From: Pseudomonadota bacterium
GTDB taxonomy: Bacteria; Pseudomonadota; Alphaproteobacteria; Rickettsiales; RGZB01
Length of the DNA stretch: 64,000 bases
Assembly (NCBI GenBank): GCA_010031735.1
Contig: RGZB01000003.1
Location: 2,259-66,258, forward strand
Direction: 5' to 3'
Positions 9,750 to 18,436 of the stretch are shown one piece after another. The notes under the pieces are model-generated. The model had not been told where the DNA came from. It was given only the letters and a program-made list of their open reading frames with translations, and made no database searches. The translations under genes were made by a program, and so were the position numbers. Position 1 is the first letter of the stretch, and every line of letters starts with the position of its first letter.

Positions 9750-10763
9750 ATGGCAAAAACCGCGCATAAATCGAACAACATCCGCATGAATGAAGCATTC
9801 ACGCTCGATCGTAACTTCGCGATGGAAGCCGTGCGTGTCACCGAAGCAGCGGCACTCGCCTGTTCCCGTTTCATGGGCCGTGGCGATGAGAAAGCAGCAG
9901 ATCGCGCGGCAGTAAATGCCATGCGCGGCGCACTCAATACCTTATCGATCGATGGTACGGTCGTGATCGGTGAAGGTGAACGCGATAAAGCCCCGATGCT
10001 TTACATTGGTGAAAAAGTCGGTAGCGGCGGCGGTCCGGAAGTGGATGTGGCACTCGATCCACTTGAAGGCACCACCATCTGCGCCACCGGTGGTCCGAAC
10101 GCACTTGCAGTCGTAGCACTTGCCGAAAAAGGCGGCTTCCTGCATGCACCGGATGTGTATATGGATAAAATCGCTGTTGGCGGCGGTTTACCGAAAGGTG
10201 TCATCGATCTCGATGATTCGCCTGCCGCAAACTTAAAGAATCTCGCGAAAGCGAAAAAATGCCAGGTATCCGACATTTGCGCGGTAATCCTGAAACGCGA
10301 CCGCCATAAAGACCTGATCGCAAAAGTACGTGCCGCCGGTGCACGTATCCAACTCATCAATGATGGTGACGTGGCGGGTATCATCGCTGCTACGCGCCCG
10401 GAATCCGGCGTGGATATCTATTTCGGTATCGGCGGTGCACCGGAAGGCGTGCTCGCCGCTGCGGCTCTCCGCTGCACGGGTGGTCAGATGCAAGGCCGCC
10501 TGATTTTCGATGGCGAGAAAGAACAAGCGGAACGTGCGAAGCGTATGGGTATCAAAGATCTCAAGAAAAAATACACGATGGAGGAAATGGCCCGCGGCAA
10601 CGTGATGTTCGCGGCAACCGGCGTCACGAGCGGCTGGATGCTCTCCGGCGTCCGCCGTTTTGCCGGTGGTGCGCAAACCCACTCCATCGTCATGCGTTCT
10701 GCAACCGGTACCACGCGTACCATCCATGCAGACCACAACTTTACCCGCAAAAAAGAAATCTGA
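9750..10763 (+). CDS. glpX: Fructose-1,6-bisphosphatase class II
   Basis: 337 aa. VTEAAALACSRFMGRGDEKAADRAAVNAMR and DPLEGTT are characteristic GlpX signatures. Confidence 0.9.
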   Translation: MAKTAHKSNNIRMNEAFTLDRNFAMEAVRVTEAAALACSRFMGRGDEKAADRAAVNAMRGALNTLSIDGTVVIGEGERDKAPMLYIGEKVGSGGGPEVDVALDPLEGTTICATGGPNALAVVALAEKGGFLHAPDVYMDKIAVGGGLPKGVIDLDDSPAANLKNLAKAKKCQVSDICAVILKRDRHKDLIAKVRAAGARIQLINDGDVAGIIAATRPESGVDIYFGIGGAPEGVLAAAALRCTGGQMQGRLIFDGEKEQAERAKRMGIKDLKKKYTMEEMARGNVMFAATGVTSGWMLSGVRRFAGGAQTHSIVMRSATGTTRTIHADHNFTRKKEI

Positions 10764-10774
10764 CCGCGCTTCGC

Positions 10775-12550
10775 ATGCCATCTTCACGCTCGCTACCACC
10801 TTCGGTGAAGGGTGCACGCTGGCGTTTTGCCGAATCCAACGAAGCCTTGGCCCTCGCACATATACAGCATCATGACGTTCCCGATGTGGTCGGACGGATG
10901 CTCGCCCAGCGCGAGATTACCGTAGAGAACGCGACCCACTTTTTAAATCCTACGCTACGGCATTTCTTACCCGAACCTCTCCATCTGATCGATATGGAAA
11001 AGGCGGCAAAGCGGCTGCTCTTGGCCATCAAGAAGCAGGAAACGATCTGTATCTTTGGTGATTACGACGTGGATGGTGCAACTTCGACTGCTATGCTTGT
11101 GCGTTACCTGCGCAGCGTAGGTAACGACGCGCGCTTCTATATCCCTGATCGAATCTTGGAAGGGTATGGTCCCTCCACCACTGCACTCCTGCAATTGCGC
11201 AAAGAAGGCGTCGACCTGGTTATCACGGTTGATTGCGGTACGGTCGCATTTGAGCCCTTAGAGGCCGCCGCAAAGGCCGGACTCGATATCGTAGTGATCG
11301 ACCATCACCTAAGCGAACATGCGGTGCCAACTGCCATCGCAGTCGTCAATCCAAACCGGATGGATGAAACCTCTAAAGAACGTAACCTCTGTGCAGCGGG
11401 AGTTACATTCCTGCTGCTGGTTGCCTTGAACCGCATGTTGCGTGAAGAAGGTTTCTTCAAAACCCGGCAAGAACCCGATTTATTATCCCTACTCGATCTT
11501 GCTGCACTAGGCACCGTATGCGATGTCATGTCACTCACCAACCTTAATCGTGCATTTGTCTCACAAGGGCTTAAAATCATGGCCAAACGTGGCAATATCG
11601 GCTTATCAGCCTTGGCTGATGTTGGGCGCATGGATGGCCCACCGAGTGTCTACCATCTGGGATTTATCCTAGGACCGCGCATCAATGCCGGTGGTCGCGT
11701 GGGGGAATCACATCTGGGTGCAAGACTACTCTCGACAGAGGATCCGGAAGAAGCTGCCGCGCTCGCTAAAGAACTCGACCGCTTGAACGCGGAACGTCAG
11801 CAAATCGAAAAGTCCGTTCTGGAGGAAGCAGCGAAACTTACAGAGTTACAGGCGAATAACCCTGTGGTCACCATTGCAGGTAAAGGATGGCATCCGGGCG
11901 TGATCGGTATCGTGGCGGGGCGCATCAAGGAACTGCTCGGCCGCCCCACAGCCATCATCGCCCTTGATAAAGGTATCGGTAAGGCCTCTGCCAGATCTAT
12001 ACAGGGTGTTGATTTCGGGAGCGCCATCACGGCTGCGCGCCTTGAGGGATTACTGCTTGCTGGCGGCGGCCACGCCATGGCGGGTGGTTTCACGGTGGAA
12101 GAGAAATTCATCCCGGAACTCGTACGTTTCTTCAATGAGCGGTTGGCAGCAGACGTCACACGTGAGACCGAGGAAAAAATCCTTACACTTGATGCCTCAC
12201 TCCCACTTTCTGCGCTTACGCCGGAGCTGATGCAATCCTTAGAGGCACTTGCACCCTATGGTGTAGGGAATCCTGAGCCGCGCTTCGCCTGTATGGATGT
12301 ACGCGTGGTGAAAGCGGATATCGTCGGCGAAAATCATGTCCGCGCGATCTTCACCGAACAAGGTGCAGCGGCCAATGGGAAATCACGCCTGAAAGCAGTG
12401 GCGTTCCGTTGTTCTGATTCTCCGCTTGGCCATACCTTATTGTACAGCAAAGGTAAGAATCTACATATCGCAGGCCGGCTAAAGATGAATCGCTGGCAAG
12501 GAAATGAATCGGTCGAGATGCAGATCGAAGATGTGATTGTCGCAGATTAA
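10775..12550 (+). CDS. recJ: Single-stranded-DNA-specific exonuclease RecJ
   Basis: 591 aa with DHH-family motifs GDYDVDGATS, TVDCG and VIDHH, plus a DHHA1 region containing GGGHAMAGG. Confidence 0.92.
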   Translation: MPSSRSLPPSVKGARWRFAESNEALALAHIQHHDVPDVVGRMLAQREITVENATHFLNPTLRHFLPEPLHLIDMEKAAKRLLLAIKKQETICIFGDYDVDGATSTAMLVRYLRSVGNDARFYIPDRILEGYGPSTTALLQLRKEGVDLVITVDCGTVAFEPLEAAAKAGLDIVVIDHHLSEHAVPTAIAVVNPNRMDETSKERNLCAAGVTFLLLVALNRMLREEGFFKTRQEPDLLSLLDLAALGTVCDVMSLTNLNRAFVSQGLKIMAKRGNIGLSALADVGRMDGPPSVYHLGFILGPRINAGGRVGESHLGARLLSTEDPEEAAALAKELDRLNAERQQIEKSVLEEAAKLTELQANNPVVTIAGKGWHPGVIGIVAGRIKELLGRPTAIIALDKGIGKASARSIQGVDFGSAITAARLEGLLLAGGGHAMAGGFTVEEKFIPELVRFFNERLAADVTRETEEKILTLDASLPLSALTPELMQSLEALAPYGVGNPEPRFACMDVRVVKADIVGENHVRAIFTEQGAAANGKSRLKAVAFRCSDSPLGHTLLYSKGKNLHIAGRLKMNRWQGNESVEMQIEDVIVAD

Positions 12551-12834
12551 GCGAGCTCAAGAACTACGCTATTATCACTAAAGCTAAAACGCTCTCTTAA
12601 GAAATCCCGTACTTCTTTTGGCGGCTCGCCGCTATGGCGAGCAAGCACGGCGGCCTGGAAATCCTTTGGGTTGAAGGAACCGGTTTCTTTTACCGTAGCC
12701 ACGAGCTTCTCCAGATTATCCATATGGATACCGAAATAGATGTAAAACGCCTCGCCGCTGCTATCCTTGCCTTTGGCAAGTACACAGCAAAAAAGGTTGT
12801 CCATATTCATTTGTTCGATGCGTGATAATTCCAT
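12547..12834 (-). CDS. Hypothetical small protein (95 aa)
   Basis: ORF 58 nt downstream of, and co-directional with, the 640-aa orphan. It is slightly acidic and matches no family I recognise. Its stop codon overlaps the recJ stop on the opposite strand (TTAA). Confidence 0.5.
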   Translation of the reverse strand: MELSRIEQMNMDNLFCCVLAKGKDSSGEAFYIYFGIHMDNLEKLVATVKETGSFNPKDFQAAVLARHSGEPPKEVRDFLRERFSFSDNSVVLELA

Positions 12835-12892
12835 GCCTAACAGCTAACCATGAATGGTGCGGGTGGTAAAGTAAAAAGGTAGAGATAGAGAA

Positions 12893-14815
12893 CTACGGAG
12901 TACCCCTGCGAGCCTCTGCTGCCACACGTGCCGCCTTTACTTCCGCAGCTAGCGCACCAAGACCAGTAGAGCCTGCTTCCTTACCAAGTACGGTGAGTGC
13001 CGCCTCGAGTGCTTCTGAGAGCGCTTTCGGACCATGTTCTGCAATGGCATCTTTATGCCTGCGGATCGTTGCAAGATCGGTGCCGCTTACCGGTGAGTCC
13101 ACTGCATCGGCCAGGCGTTTCACGGCTTCTTTCAATTCATCGAACTGAGGCGTACTGATCGCGGTTTCAAGTGCTGCTGTAGCACCGGAACGATTGAGTA
13201 AGTTACTTTCCACCTCACTCATCAATCGTTTACCCACCTCAATATTCTCAATTGCCTTTGGATGGATACCAATATCTTCTAAGCCCCTAAGATAGATTGC
13301 AAGGTCAGCCGGCTTCACTTTGCCTTCCTGTACCTGCCTTACGATCAGTTTTTCCAGTGTTTCTATGGATTGTTCCGTCGCACCATAATCACCCAGCAAC
13401 TTCTTCACCGGACCAAAATCATTGAGACGATTAGCACCTTCACCCGCCACATAACCCGTAAGCCAACCGCCGATGGCAGCGCCCGCAGCACCAAATACGC
13501 CGGAAAGCAAACCGCCGCTTGCAAGTCCACCCACAAAACCGATACCACCGCCAACGGCAGCACCGACATTGCCCCAACGGCCTTTGGACTCTTCTTTCTC
13601 GCGCACGACCGCTGAGAGCTGGAAGGTGCGTTTTAATTCTTGTGCAGCATCGAACAATTCTTTTTTGCCGCCAAAGCTTGCAGCAGACACCGTATCCCTT
13701 TGCTGCAATTCTTGGCGCAGGAGACCTGCGATCTCTTTTCTATCATGGCGGCCAAGGCCAGAACACCTGCATTCCATGACAGCAATCGCCATCTCTTCCG
13801 GCGTACGGATTTCATGTTTCTTGCGGACCAGATCTTTATACGCACCCACGTCCTTACCTTCGGTCATGGCTTTCTCGATCTGGGCGATCAACGCCACCGG
13901 GTTGTCGAATTCCCCTTTTTGCAGGGCGGTCACCAAATAATCCCTGAGACCATTCACCGCCGCCACCTTGGGTGCAAGTTTTTCAGGACTGATATAGTGG
14001 TCAAGACGCGAAGAGCCTTCGTAGACCAGTTTCCCAATCGCTGCACCAATCAGTACGTTCAAGGGAAACGTGGGTAATGTCGCAACGAAGGTCGCAAGAC
14101 CAAAGCCCCAAGCACGTTTGTTAGCGCGTGAATCGATCTCATCAGCCGCATCATTGGTCACATGCTGACAGGCATAGACCATATCACCAGTGAGTTTTTT
14201 AAGTATATCATTGTCCAACACGCCGCCTAAAACGCTGTCTTTTTTCGGATCGGCAGGTGCTTTCGCTGGTTTGAGTGCCCCCAGCGCTTTATGGATATCT
14301 GCCGGTCGCGCATTGGCATCTAAATAGTCGCATAAATCTTGAGCAGCGCCACCATTGACGGCAATAGACATTTCATTGCTTATCGGATCCTTGGAAAGTA
14401 CGTAGCCTTTCCCTTTGGTGACTCTTTTGAGGAATGCATCTACTTTCGGATCGACCGCACCGCCTGTGAATGTTTTTCCAATTTCTTCTGTAAGAAGCTC
14501 CGCATCCGATTTAACCCTAGACCTTGGCGCAAAAGCAGCCGTGTTCGCTGCAACCACATCATTAAGATCATCATATTGCGCTTCAGGAAGCCCCGTTGCA
14601 CGTATACTATTAATGAAATCCTTGAAGGTGGGATGGGTACGTGTATTCAGCTCGATTTCAAAATCGCCAGTACCGGTTTGTGAAATATCAATGACGGTGT
14701 GACCCAGTGCGTTTGCCAATTCTCCAATGATCACTTCTGCATCGGGATTGCTGAGATCCAGAATAAGCAGTCTCGCTTTGAGCGCTTGTATTTGTAAAGC
14801 ATTGGGAGCAGCCAT
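12893..14815 (-). CDS. Hypothetical 640-aa protein with two hydrophobic segments, the second a long glycine-zipper
   Basis: Uninterrupted ORF. Hydrophobic segment 1 is WGFGLATFVATLPTFPLNVLIGAAIGKLVY (about 14020-14110). Segment 2 is GNVGAAVGGGIGFVGGLASGGLLSGVFGAAGAAIGGWLTGYVAG (about 13440-13580). The rest is helical and charged. No signal peptide and no recognised domain. Confidence 0.65.
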   Translation of the reverse strand: MAAPNALQIQALKARLLILDLSNPDAEVIIGELANALGHTVIDISQTGTGDFEIELNTRTHPTFKDFINSIRATGLPEAQYDDLNDVVAANTAAFAPRSRVKSDAELLTEEIGKTFTGGAVDPKVDAFLKRVTKGKGYVLSKDPISNEMSIAVNGGAAQDLCDYLDANARPADIHKALGALKPAKAPADPKKDSVLGGVLDNDILKKLTGDMVYACQHVTNDAADEIDSRANKRAWGFGLATFVATLPTFPLNVLIGAAIGKLVYEGSSRLDHYISPEKLAPKVAAVNGLRDYLVTALQKGEFDNPVALIAQIEKAMTEGKDVGAYKDLVRKKHEIRTPEEMAIAVMECRCSGLGRHDRKEIAGLLRQELQQRDTVSAASFGGKKELFDAAQELKRTFQLSAVVREKEESKGRWGNVGAAVGGGIGFVGGLASGGLLSGVFGAAGAAIGGWLTGYVAGEGANRLNDFGPVKKLLGDYGATEQSIETLEKLIVRQVQEGKVKPADLAIYLRGLEDIGIHPKAIENIEVGKRLMSEVESNLLNRSGATAALETAISTPQFDELKEAVKRLADAVDSPVSGTDLATIRRHKDAIAEHGPKALSEALEAALTVLGKEAGSTGLGALAAEVKAARVAAEARRGTP

Positions 14816-14956
14816 AAAGCACCTGTCCTGAATTTGTCTAAAGGCAGGATATCCTATGTCTGTTAAATATTTATTACTTATCGGGGGTTAGAGCGATATT
14901 TATCTTTATCTGATGCAATAAGGAGTCTTTATAATTTATTGTTATATATCAATATC

Positions 14957-16369
14957 TTATAAAGAATCAAGAAACTTCAGGAGCGCTGCGCGGTCTTGTT
15001 TCGGCATCGCAAGGAACATCTGCTTTGCTTTCTCTGCCTCGCCACCGTGCCAGAGGATTGCCTCCTCCAGATTACGCGCCCGCCCATCGTGCATGAAATT
15101 CGTATGGCCGTTCACCGTATAGACAAGTCCGATACCCCAGAGCGGTGGCGTACGCCATTCATTTCCATTCGCCTGGTAGTCCGGCCTGTGATCGGCAAGC
15201 TGGTCGCCCATATCATGCAGCAGCAAATCGGTATATGGTTGGATACGCTGGTTCGAAAGTTCCGGCACTTCGTGTGTACCCGTTTTCATATTCGTGCGGT
15301 GGCATACCGCACACTGCGTGGTTTTGAAAAGTTCTGCCCCATGCTTCACATCCAGATCATCGATATGGCGTCGCGCAGGTACCGCCAATGTTTGTGAATA
15401 GAACACGAGTTTCCGCAGTTGTTCATCCGACATCTCCGGCTCACCACCGCTGACTGCCGCTTTGCACGCAGTCTGGGGTTCAGGGCAATTCTGCTCAGGG
15501 TGTAAGGAGGTCGTGATTCCGATGTCACCTTGCGCAGCCGCCGCATCCTGAAGCCTCAAGGTCGCAACATTCGCTTTCCAACCAAAACGCCCCACGACGC
15601 GTTTACCATTCTCATTCGGCACCATGTTGGGACGGCCTGAAATTCCATCACCGTCTTTATCATCAGGATCGGCGAATGAAAGAATCGTTTTCTCCGGAAT
15701 CGCTTCAAGCAAGCCAAGGCCGTGCATGGGTGGTGCAACACGCGGTGAGAACAGCACACCATCATCCATCGGACCGAAGTTCATCTCGCTGAATACATAA
15801 CGCGGCTTGCGGAGAGAATAGGGTGTGCCGTCGGCATAGGTACCCGGCATCTCATCGTAATAGATCGTCGCACGGCCTTCTGCAGATACGCCCGTGATGG
15901 AAAGATTGTTGAGCTGCAAACCATAAGCGGGATGCGGTTTCGGGCCGCCATCTTCTGCCATGCCTGAAACGCTTACGCGCAACAACATCGAATTCATCGG
16001 CTCATCCGGATGAAGCGGCGGTCTTCCCCTGCCGTCCTTGAAATGGCAGCCAGAACAGGAAACGCGGTTGAACGTGGGGCCAAGACCATCGAGCGTGGTA
16101 ACGGATGCCGGTGCCTGCACCCAGTTCGTATTGAACATCTTGTTGCCGAAGGTGAAGTCGCGGAGTTTTGGTGTAGCAAGATTATTGGCCGGCTTTGCGA
16201 AAGCATCGCGCGATTGGTTGAATACCGTGCCCTCACCCCCGGAATGTGGATCAGGCGGCACGGTGAGGGTATCGGTGCTGCTGGCCATAAAATAGAATAT
16301 GCCCGCTACGAACATCAACATAGCGGGCCACTTCAGGACAGAGAGTGATGTTAACTTATATTTTTGCAC
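14957..16369 (-). CDS. Di-haem cytochrome c oxidoreductase/peroxidase-like protein (DUF1111 / DHOR family)
   Basis: 470 aa with an N-terminal TM/signal segment and two CxxCH haem motifs (CSGCH, CAVCH). It is the typical partner of imelysin-type iron-regulated proteins. Confidence 0.8.
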   Translation of the reverse strand: MQKYKLTSLSVLKWPAMLMFVAGIFYFMASSTDTLTVPPDPHSGGEGTVFNQSRDAFAKPANNLATPKLRDFTFGNKMFNTNWVQAPASVTTLDGLGPTFNRVSCSGCHFKDGRGRPPLHPDEPMNSMLLRVSVSGMAEDGGPKPHPAYGLQLNNLSITGVSAEGRATIYYDEMPGTYADGTPYSLRKPRYVFSEMNFGPMDDGVLFSPRVAPPMHGLGLLEAIPEKTILSFADPDDKDGDGISGRPNMVPNENGKRVVGRFGWKANVATLRLQDAAAAQGDIGITTSLHPEQNCPEPQTACKAAVSGGEPEMSDEQLRKLVFYSQTLAVPARRHIDDLDVKHGAELFKTTQCAVCHRTNMKTGTHEVPELSNQRIQPYTDLLLHDMGDQLADHRPDYQANGNEWRTPPLWGIGLVYTVNGHTNFMHDGRARNLEEAILWHGGEAEKAKQMFLAMPKQDRAALLKFLDSL

Positions 16370-16622
16370 GCCAGCTGGCTGCCATTTCTTTGCATGAAGT
16401 TATCAACTGTGCGGTAGGATAAAGAAAATAATATCCCTTACAGGTTTGTTCGAGATAGCCTTGCTCAAGTAGAATATCCAGTATATCGCTCGAACTATTT
16501 TCTATTCTGCCGATACTAATCTTGCTCCCCGGAGAAGCCTTCTGCAGCACATTGAACAACTCTGGAAAGTCGTCTTTCAATGCAGCAGCGAAACGATCTA
16601 CATGATTGGTTAATCTGACCAT
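16356..16622 (-). CDS. Hypothetical 88-aa protein embedded in the iron operon
   Basis: It starts 3 nt after the imelysin stop and overlaps the DUF1111 start by 14 nt. Spot GC is about 40-48%, against about 55% in flanking genes. ILDILLEQGYLEQTCKGYYFL is reminiscent of a winged-helix wing. No family recognised. Confidence 0.45.
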   Translation of the reverse strand: MVRLTNHVDRFAAALKDDFPELFNVLQKASPGSKISIGRIENSSSDILDILLEQGYLEQTCKGYYFLYPTAQLITSCKEMAASWRAKI

Positions 16623-16625
16623 ATG

Positions 16626-17786
16626 CTACTCGCTCACGATATCGGCTTTGACACCGAGCACCCGGCCTGCCTGCTTCAGAAGATCCGCTTCTTTCTGCAA
16701 GGAAACCACCGCAGCTTCCATTTTTTTGCGGCCTTCGCTGTCTTTCGGACTCGCAAGGACTTTCGTATCAATCGGAACCGGCAGAGATGCAATCAACTTC
16801 TTGGTTTCAGCGATCTGTGCCGTGAGTTTATCTGCAAGTGCTTTATCTTTTGCGGCAAGCAGCGCATCGATCCCTGCACCCTTCACGCTGCCATAATGAC
16901 CGGTATATACATTCTCGATACCTTCCGCATTATAGATGAAATCATTGTGTGTGTTATCGCTGAAGCAGGAGTGTTCGTCTTCCTGATCACCGGAATCAAG
17001 TGCCGTTGCCATACGCTCGGAGGAAAGCTCGAAACCGCTTAACGTCGCAAGACCAGTCATGATCTTACCGAGTGATTCTTTCGGATCAGCCGCGATGAAT
17101 TTCTTCGCATAGTTGTCTTTGTTCGGCTCCCAGCTCGTGACCAGGAAGTCCAGGTCTTCCACCAGGATATCGGTGACTGCTTTGAGATACTCACGGCGGC
17201 GTTCTTTGATTTTGTCACCTTTCGCATAATCAGAGGACGGGCGGTTGCCAGGACCATCCGCGCTTAAATCCTGACCCCAGAGGAGGAACTCGATCGCGTG
17301 ATAGCCGGTAGAGACATTCGCTTCGTCATCCGCCTGATTCTTTTCTTTTAAGACCGCTTCAGAGATTTTGATTTTCTCATCCTGGATGATGCCGGATTTC
17401 GGATTACCCTGTACATAATCGATATAGGCTTCATTGAGCGGCCAAGCGTTAAGCCTGCCTTCCGGACCCTCTTCTTTTTTATCCTGACTCACGAAATCGA
17501 TCGGACCTTCATAGAAACGGAATGCTTCGGTCTGGCCATACGAGTTGCGAGAAGCAAGCCACGCATCTTTTGCCGCTTTCAATGTAGCATCGTTCGGGTT
17601 CGCTAAGAGGGCATCCACCGCTTTCTGGAGTTTCTTTGCATCTGCATATGCATCTTGGTAGTTGGCATAGACCAGCTTCGCGTAGGTTTCGACCTGTGCC
17701 TTGCCGGAGATATCCGCAGCAGGTACCGAAGCAATGGAGGCGCAGTAAACAGCAAGGGACAGGACAGCCACTAGACACTTTTTCAT
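16626..17786 (-). CDS. Imelysin-like (peptidase M75 / IrpA-type iron-regulated) periplasmic protein
   Basis: 386 aa with signal peptide MKKCLVAVLSLAVYCASIASVPA and the conserved imelysin HxxE region GYHAIEFLLWGQD. It is paired with DUF1111, as in known iron-regulated clusters. Confidence 0.8.
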   Translation of the reverse strand: MKKCLVAVLSLAVYCASIASVPAADISGKAQVETYAKLVYANYQDAYADAKKLQKAVDALLANPNDATLKAAKDAWLASRNSYGQTEAFRFYEGPIDFVSQDKKEEGPEGRLNAWPLNEAYIDYVQGNPKSGIIQDEKIKISEAVLKEKNQADDEANVSTGYHAIEFLLWGQDLSADGPGNRPSSDYAKGDKIKERRREYLKAVTDILVEDLDFLVTSWEPNKDNYAKKFIAADPKESLGKIMTGLATLSGFELSSERMATALDSGDQEDEHSCFSDNTHNDFIYNAEGIENVYTGHYGSVKGAGIDALLAAKDKALADKLTAQIAETKKLIASLPVPIDTKVLASPKDSEGRKKMEAAVVSLQKEADLLKQAGRVLGVKADIVSE

Positions 17787-17826
17787 ATTTCCTCGATTGA
17801 TTATGCAGAGATCAGCACTGCAATTT

Positions 17827-17869
17827 GATAATATTGATAATCACTATCAACTATATCCATATCTGTCAA
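17827..17869 (-). promoter_or_regulatory. Fur box overlapping a sigma70-like promoter of the imelysin operon
   Basis: 17830-17848 (aatattgataatcactatc) matches the 19-bp Fur consensus GATAATGATAATCATTATC at 16/19. On the minus strand, TTGACA (17869-17864) is followed by a 17-nt spacer and TAGTGA (17846-17841), so the box covers the -10 hexamer about 40-60 nt upstream of the ATG at 17786. Confidence 0.65.
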
Positions 17870-18129
17870 CTGAGAAATGCGCATAAAAAAGCCGACCAGT
17901 ATTTCTACTGCCGCCTATTCATCAGAGCAGCTGCCGGAGCCCGGGGCCTACAGTCCCCGGCTTCCAGGCATATCTTCACCGTGATATCCGGCCGAAAGCA
18001 CCGAACTCATGCAGAGGCTGAAAGTGAAATTCGAGGTGATATGGAGTATTTCAAAACGCCTGTCGGTTGACCCCGAAGATATGAAGCCGTTTATACAGGA
18101 TATGAAGAAGAACCTTTAAGAAAAAAGGT

Positions 18130-18205
18130 TGGTGGAGGTGAACGGGATCGAACCGATGACCCCCTGCTTGCAAAGCAGGTGCTCTCCCAGCTGAGCTACA
18201 CCCCC
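18130..18205 (-). tRNA. tRNA-Ala (anticodon UGC)
   Basis: The reverse complement reads GGGGGTGTAGCTCAGCTGGGAGAGCACCTGCTTTGCAAGCAGGGGGTCATCGGTTCGATCCCGTTCACCTCCACCA. It has a 7-bp acceptor stem with the G3:U70 Ala identity pair, anticodon loop TTTGCAA and an encoded CCA. Confidence 0.95.
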
Positions 18206-18436
18206 ACTAAACCTTAGAGAAAAGCCGTATAATCGGCCTTGGGAAATGGGTTATAGTGAGGTCTTGGTATATTGTCAAACGCTTTCCTTACAGATTTTGC
18301 CATGCTGATTTTTAAGGCATTTGCCCGCTTATTAATAGACCAGCACCCAATTTGATTGACAAAAAACGCCGGAAAGGCTAAAAAACCTCATCTTTTTCCC
18401 TCCCAAGCAATCGTTTTCTTAAAAGTGAGTTACGCC

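Noticed and set aside
17825-18070. 81-aa ORF in the gap between the imelysin promoter and tRNA-Ala.
   Set aside because: It starts inside the Fur box/promoter region, has no RBS and has an odd composition. I treated the region as non-coding.
18110-18129. Hairpin aaccttt-aagaaa-aaaggtt immediately 3' of tRNA-Ala.
   Set aside because: The stem is entirely AT-rich apart from two G-C pairs per arm. The minus-strand sequence after it is not a U-tract. It is too weak to call a terminator.
18418-18432. TTAA-N7-TTAC (a CtrA-box-like half match) just upstream of the DUF1013/TrcR-like gene.
   Set aside because: The match to TTAA-N7-TTAAC is imperfect. It sits only 5 nt from the start codon, in RBS territory, which is the wrong position for a promoter element. 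A chance occurrence is likely in AT-rich leader sequence.
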